Source: Octopus vulgaris (taxonomy: Eukaryota). From it: a stretch of DNA of 64,000 nt. The stretch lies in assembly GCA_951406725.2 (NCBI GenBank), contig OX597825.1, positions 29,946,001-30,010,000 on the forward strand, read 5' to 3'. Positions within the stretch are counted from its first letter, which is position 1; each line of letters starts with the position of its first letter. The notes beneath the pieces were generated by a model that was not told the DNA's origin, searched no databases, and worked only from the letters and a program-made list of their open reading frames with translations. Shown here piece by piece: positions 58,681-64,000 of the stretch. Position numbers and translations under genes: made by a program.

Positions 58681-59205
58681 TTTACACATTGGATAATATA
58701 ATCCTAGATCTGCATCATCTGAAAAGGTGGTGGTTTAGTTGCTACAAGAACAGCTTTGGATATAGGAACACTCTCAATCAGTGCTGATCAGGAGGAAAAG
58801 AGAATTGGCAACAACTGGAAAGTATGAAACCTGACAGAGGAGCCAATGGTTTGAACTTTATCTCCCAAGTACTGCAATATGTCAAAAGTCAAGACACTAA
58901 CAAATCAATGACCTAAGCCATCGTAGAGTAAGATATTTTAGTGCAAAGAAATGATTGATAGCCACAAAATATAACATATTGAAATTAATAAGTGATTCTT
59001 TAGCCACAATATTTTAACATCTTCGTCCACCCTTGGGCATTGTCAACAGATAAATGATGACAATAATGCTAAACTGGAATGATGCATGACTTCTATCATC
59101 TAAAGGAGAAGAACGATGAAAAAATAACAGGAACAATATACAAACACACCCACACATATGCATGTATTTCTGTTTATCTCAATATCTCTCTATATCTATC
59201 AATCT

Positions 59206-59303
<98 letters not shown>

Positions 59304-59338
59304 TTGTATATTAAATTGTATATTTGTATATTTGTATA

Positions 59339-59390
<52 letters not shown>

Positions 59391-59551
59391 AACATATGCA
59401 AATATGAATGTGCATGTGTATATATATATGTACATGTTTGTATATATATCTAAACATACATACATACATATATATATATGAATTAGAAAAAAACCCACCT
59501 TTTATCAATTCAATAATGAAAAATTAAATTATACCATTTAGAAATCTTAAA

Positions 59552-59620
<69 letters not shown>

Positions 59621-59640
59621 CATTATTATTATTATTATCG

Positions 59641-59702
<62 letters not shown>

Positions 59703-59709
59703 TCTAATT

Positions 59710-60270
59710 CTCTTTAAAGTAGAGATTGTTTGTCAACATAATGTGGCTGTTACTGTTGTTTAGCTCCAGGAAACATCGTTTCCAGCTGGCTATACAACAC
59801 AATATCTATGTCCTTATATTTTCGAACAACATCTATAGACTGGTTTCTGAGTTATTGCCCTTTATCAAAACAGAGTAGCGGCTCAGCTAGGTGGCATTAC
59901 TAAACTCACCATTCAAAAATATATAATTTTCGAAGTAACACACAGTCACTAATCTAAATAAATAGAAGCATTATTATTTCTAAATCTCCCAAAGAGAGAT
60001 ATTTAGAAACAGTTCTTTAAAGTAAAGGCTATTTGCCAACATAATGTGGTTGTCCTGGATGGGGCAATTGTTACTGTTGTTTAGAACCAGGAAACATCGA
60101 TATATGACACAATATCTGTCTCCTTATATTTTCAAAAAGTGGGTGCAGCATCCACATCCAGCACAAGACATCTGTGGACTGGTTTCTGGGTTTTTGCCTT
60201 TTACTGAACACAGAGTTGCTACTTGGCTAGGTGGCATTGCTGAACTCCCCATTCAAAAATATATAGCTTT
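59710..60270. repeat. Diverged tandem duplication (~59710-59930 and ~60013-60270)
   Basis: Shared blocks include caacataatgtgg, caggaaacatcg, gactggtttctg, gctaggtggcatt and cattcaaaaatatata. Confidence 0.8.
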
Positions 60271-60347
60271 CAGTGACACACATATATATCACCATCATCA
60301 TCATCATCATCCAATGTTTTAAATCCAGGCTTTGTCCCCATTAACAG

Positions 60348-60421
<74 letters not shown>

Positions 60422-60477
60422 GAAATAGATAGACAGACAAATAGATAGACAGACAAATAGATAGACAGAAAGATGGA

Positions 60478-60740
60478 TAGATAACTTTCTTTATTGGCCA
60501 CACATGACTGAACACAGAGGGGACAAATGCAAATGTAGAGCTTTTCTTTTCGAAAATGAACAAGAAAAGGGAAAAAAATGAGAAAAAAAAGTAAAATTTC
60601 AATCAAAAATGATCGGGATAAAAAAAAAAGGTCAAAAGGGATCGTGTATCACAGAAGAATTTTAAAAATGTAAAAAGCAAGATTAGGTTTATCCATGGAA
60701 AGAAAAGCCTACGGGAAAAACTACAGTAACTTCAGGCAGG
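60478..60740 (-). mobile_element. L1/Tx1-like LINE 3' end inserted in (GATA)n
   Basis: Homologous to 2562-3010; flanked by (GATA)n at 60348-60480 and 60790-60934. Confidence 0.55.
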
Positions 60741-60788
60741 GAGAGAATAAACACATGAGAGCTAGGCAGATAGTCAGAAAGATGGATG

Positions 60789-60935
<147 letters not shown>

Positions 60936-61297
60936 GCAGGTGTGGTAAGAAGTTTGCTTCTTGACCACATGATTCCAGGTTTAGTCCTACCATGTGGCAC
61001 CTTAGACTAGTGTCTTCTACTATAACTTGTGAGTGAATTTGGTAGAGAGAAACTGAAAGAAGCCCGTTGTGTATATATATTTATTTCTGTGAATGTGTGT
61101 ATTTTTGTGTCATTGCTTATCCCCAAGAGCATTAGGGTGTTTATATCTCTTTAACCTAGTAGCTCATCAAAAGAGACCGATGTAGTAAGTACCAGGCTTA
61201 AAAAATAAATAAATACTGGTGTCAATTCATTTGATTAAAATTATTTAAGATGGTGCCCCATCATGGCTACACTCCAATGAGAGACAAGTAAAAAGTG
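60936..61297 (+). mobile_element. Family A SINE, diverged
   Basis: Homology to family A. Confidence 0.8.
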
Positions 61298-62320
61298 AAA
61301 ATTTAAAAGTTAAGATACATACATGCGTATATAGAGAATGAAAGAGGGAGAGAGAGTTAAATATATATATATATATATATGTTTGTGTATGCATGAGTTA
61401 GAAGCTGTCTAGTTTCACCATCTGATGTACATTTTCTTAACAGGAAGCGATTATAAGCCACAAAATGTAAGTTACCTAATGAAGATATATTGTCCAATTG
61501 TCAGATATGTGTCAGTTTTATATATAACATTCTTACGATCCAGTAATGTTACATATAAAACTTCCATTCCCAATTTTTCAAGACAAATATGCTCAAGAAT
61601 ATAACTACATCAGAAAGAAAACAGAGTATATGTCTGATAGGGAAAACAAATGAGATAGGAAGGCAAGGAAGAAGGTAATGGAAGTGTGATAGTAAGAGCT
61701 ACATCTGGGTTGTTGATAAAGAGGTTGAATAGGAAATAGCATGATCAACATGATGAAATACCCATAAAGTGGGTCATGGTAAGAAAGAGTAAGCAATGGA
61801 TATCAATAATTATGGTTAGTGAGTGTAGTAGTTGTCACTGGGTAAAAGGAATGATGACTTGCAGTAGAGGTTAATGGTAATGGAGAGTGATCCAATACTA
61901 TCATTCATTACACAGCTGTTGATGGAAGATAGCTTGAGTGATAATGAATGATGGTGCAAAGATTGAATATATCTTTGTCAAATGGTATCCCAGCCATACT
62001 ACAGAAGTGGTGCAGCACAGTAGATTCAATAGAGGGGGATATATATAAATAAACAAATAAATATATATGTTAGAGTGTGCGTGTGTGTTTGTGTGTGTGT
62101 GTATGTGTGAATATATATGTATATTTCTATATATACATATATATGTATGTGTGTGTGTGTTTATAAATTTGTGTTGCAAGATTCCTGATGTGAAACCATG
62201 TGTTGAAACAGATATTGTTGTATTTTGGGATGGTCACTATTTTTTGTCACATAAACACACACACTATATATTTGTTCTTCACTCCTTTATTACTGTTCTT
62301 ATTTAAACTCATATCCATTG

Positions 62321-62362
62321 CCTGGAGATCTATCGTCACACAACTGTGACCTCTTCAGCAAA
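62321..62362 (-). ncRNA. Degenerate minimal hammerhead motif
   Basis: tttg CTGAAGA g GTCAC-agttgt-GTGAC GATA GATC TC cagg; GAAA is changed to GATA; palindromic AGATCT stem III. Confidence 0.45.
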
Positions 62363-62441
62363 ATGTAGCCGCTTCAGACAATGGACATGAGTCAAAGTAT
62401 AAACAGTAATCAATGAGTGAAGAACAACTATATAGTGCACG

Positions 62442-62489
<48 letters not shown>

Positions 62490-62662
62490 AGATCGTTAGC
62501 CACTACACACATTTTTTTCTCTCCTTGTTTTCTGTTTCCCTTTCTGTAGAAGAGCATAGGCTTGAAACGTAAAAGACTTTTTCTATTCCTGAGCGTTATA
62601 CTAATACATCTGTTTGTTTTGTACACCACCTGTCTTTGTCTTTTGATTTTTTCGTAAACTCT

Positions 62663-62666
<4 letters not shown>
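62490..62666 (+). mobile_element. Short (TA)n-embedded repeat with a variant HHR core, copy 2
   Basis: cttt CTGTAGA a GAGC-atag-GCTT GAAAC GTA aaag. Confidence 0.65.
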
Positions 62667-62705
<39 letters not shown>

Positions 62706-62723
62706 CATACATACATACATACA

Positions 62724-62759
<36 letters not shown>

Positions 62760-62760
62760 T

Positions 62761-62831
<71 letters not shown>

Positions 62832-62849
62832 AGTGGATATTGAAGAAGA

Positions 62850-63350
62850 CATCAGGTCATCAGAAGTATTAGTTTCTAACAGTGATTAGTGACAGATCAT
62901 TACTAATGCTGTGTGATACCAATTACACTTCTTTGTTGTCTACATCATGAAATTCATTTCCTCAAGACTAGTCTTCAACACTTCATCAATGTGTTTTCCT
63001 TTACCTCCTTCTTTCACAGATTCCATCTACTTTAAGCAGACATCATTTTTATATACAACTGATACCTTCCACATGCTTTATATGTTCATATCAGCACAGT
63101 TTTCTTTCTTGCACATTAAATCCAGTTCCTTTCATATCCAACTTTCAGAATTTCAGTCACTTAAGTACATTGACATTATACATCCAGCAGAGTGTGCTCA
63201 TTTTATTTCCTTCCAAGAGTAACATGTCTTTCAAAGTGAAAGCCCTCATCATGTTACCCTGTAGCAAATTATTTCATTCACAAGCATCATACAAATTTGC
63301 CCTTAACTCTCAATGTGAAACCCTTTGCTGCCAATGTGAAACCCTTTGAA
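62850..63350 (-). mobile_element. Decayed RTE LINE 3' remnant
   Basis: Degenerate LYxAC..LxG and TLCWMYNV blocks resembling the RTE C-terminus. Confidence 0.45.
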
Positions 63351-63469
63351 CTTCGGTTCTCTCTCAATCTCTCTCACTCTCTCCCCCTTCTTACTCTCTC
63401 TTCCTACATACATATATATTTAAATACACATATATATTTACATATATACATGTATATGAATATATACAT

Positions 63470-63502
<33 letters not shown>

Positions 63503-63671
63503 CATGTGTGTGTGAGTGAATACATAGATATATATATAGATTCATATATGTGTGTGTGTATGTGTATATATATATATATATATACAAATACATACATATA
63601 TATATATACATACACACACATGCGCACACACACATACACACACACACATGCCAAGAAGCAGTGGATGGTAC

Positions 63672-63927
63672 CAGAATTTTCAACTTGAGTCAAATCTAAC
63701 AAACCACTCCAAATGATTGTTCGAGTATCTGCATAAACGGAGTCTGGATCAATGAGTTTGTATTGGCACTGAGTCGCATAAGTTGCCATAAGGAAGTAAA
63801 ACCAAACAGTAATATTTTGAAATCATTTGTGACTTGCATAGTAACTTTGTTTAAAGTGAACAAGCACGGTACACCATCAACCTCACCCTCTAATCTACGA
63901 CCTTCTTCAATGATCAGGTGAAGATAA
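63672..63927 (-). pseudogene. Exon-like segment with a probable frameshift
   Basis: ccatcttcag|T YLHLIIEEGRRLEGEVDGVPCLFTLNKVTMQ...; second frame YKLIDPDSVYADTRTIIWSGLLDLTQVENS G|gtacca. Confidence 0.3.
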
Positions 63928-64000
63928 CTGAAGATGGAAATGGATGTGGCGGATGTTCATATGTCTTACTGGCCTCATTTTGCTTCTGCACTCAACAATG

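Overview
This is AT-rich eukaryotic DNA dense in microsatellites and repeats. The SINE consensus sequences match, from memory, those of Octopus (cephalopod) genomes. There is no intact long ORF, and most listed ORFs are artefacts of (TA)n, (CA)n, (GATA)n and (ATT)n arrays. Mobile DNA includes several tRNA-derived SINE families, decayed RTE and R4/Dong LINE fragments, L1/Tx1-like 3' ends sitting in (GATA)n, TTAA piggyBac-type MITEs, two non-autonomous Helitrons and a Tc1/mariner MITE. Several short elements embedded in microsatellites carry minimal type-I hammerhead ribozyme (HHR) cores, as in Penelope elements and retrozymes. Unique DNA between the repeats holds many minus-strand exon-like segments with canonical splice sites but stops and frameshifts. 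These look like one or more decayed large genes with weak, recall-based resemblance to RNF213. A possible plus-strand terminal exon ending in a GPI-signal-like tail lies at 40586-40770. All calls were made by eye, and repeat boundaries are approximate.
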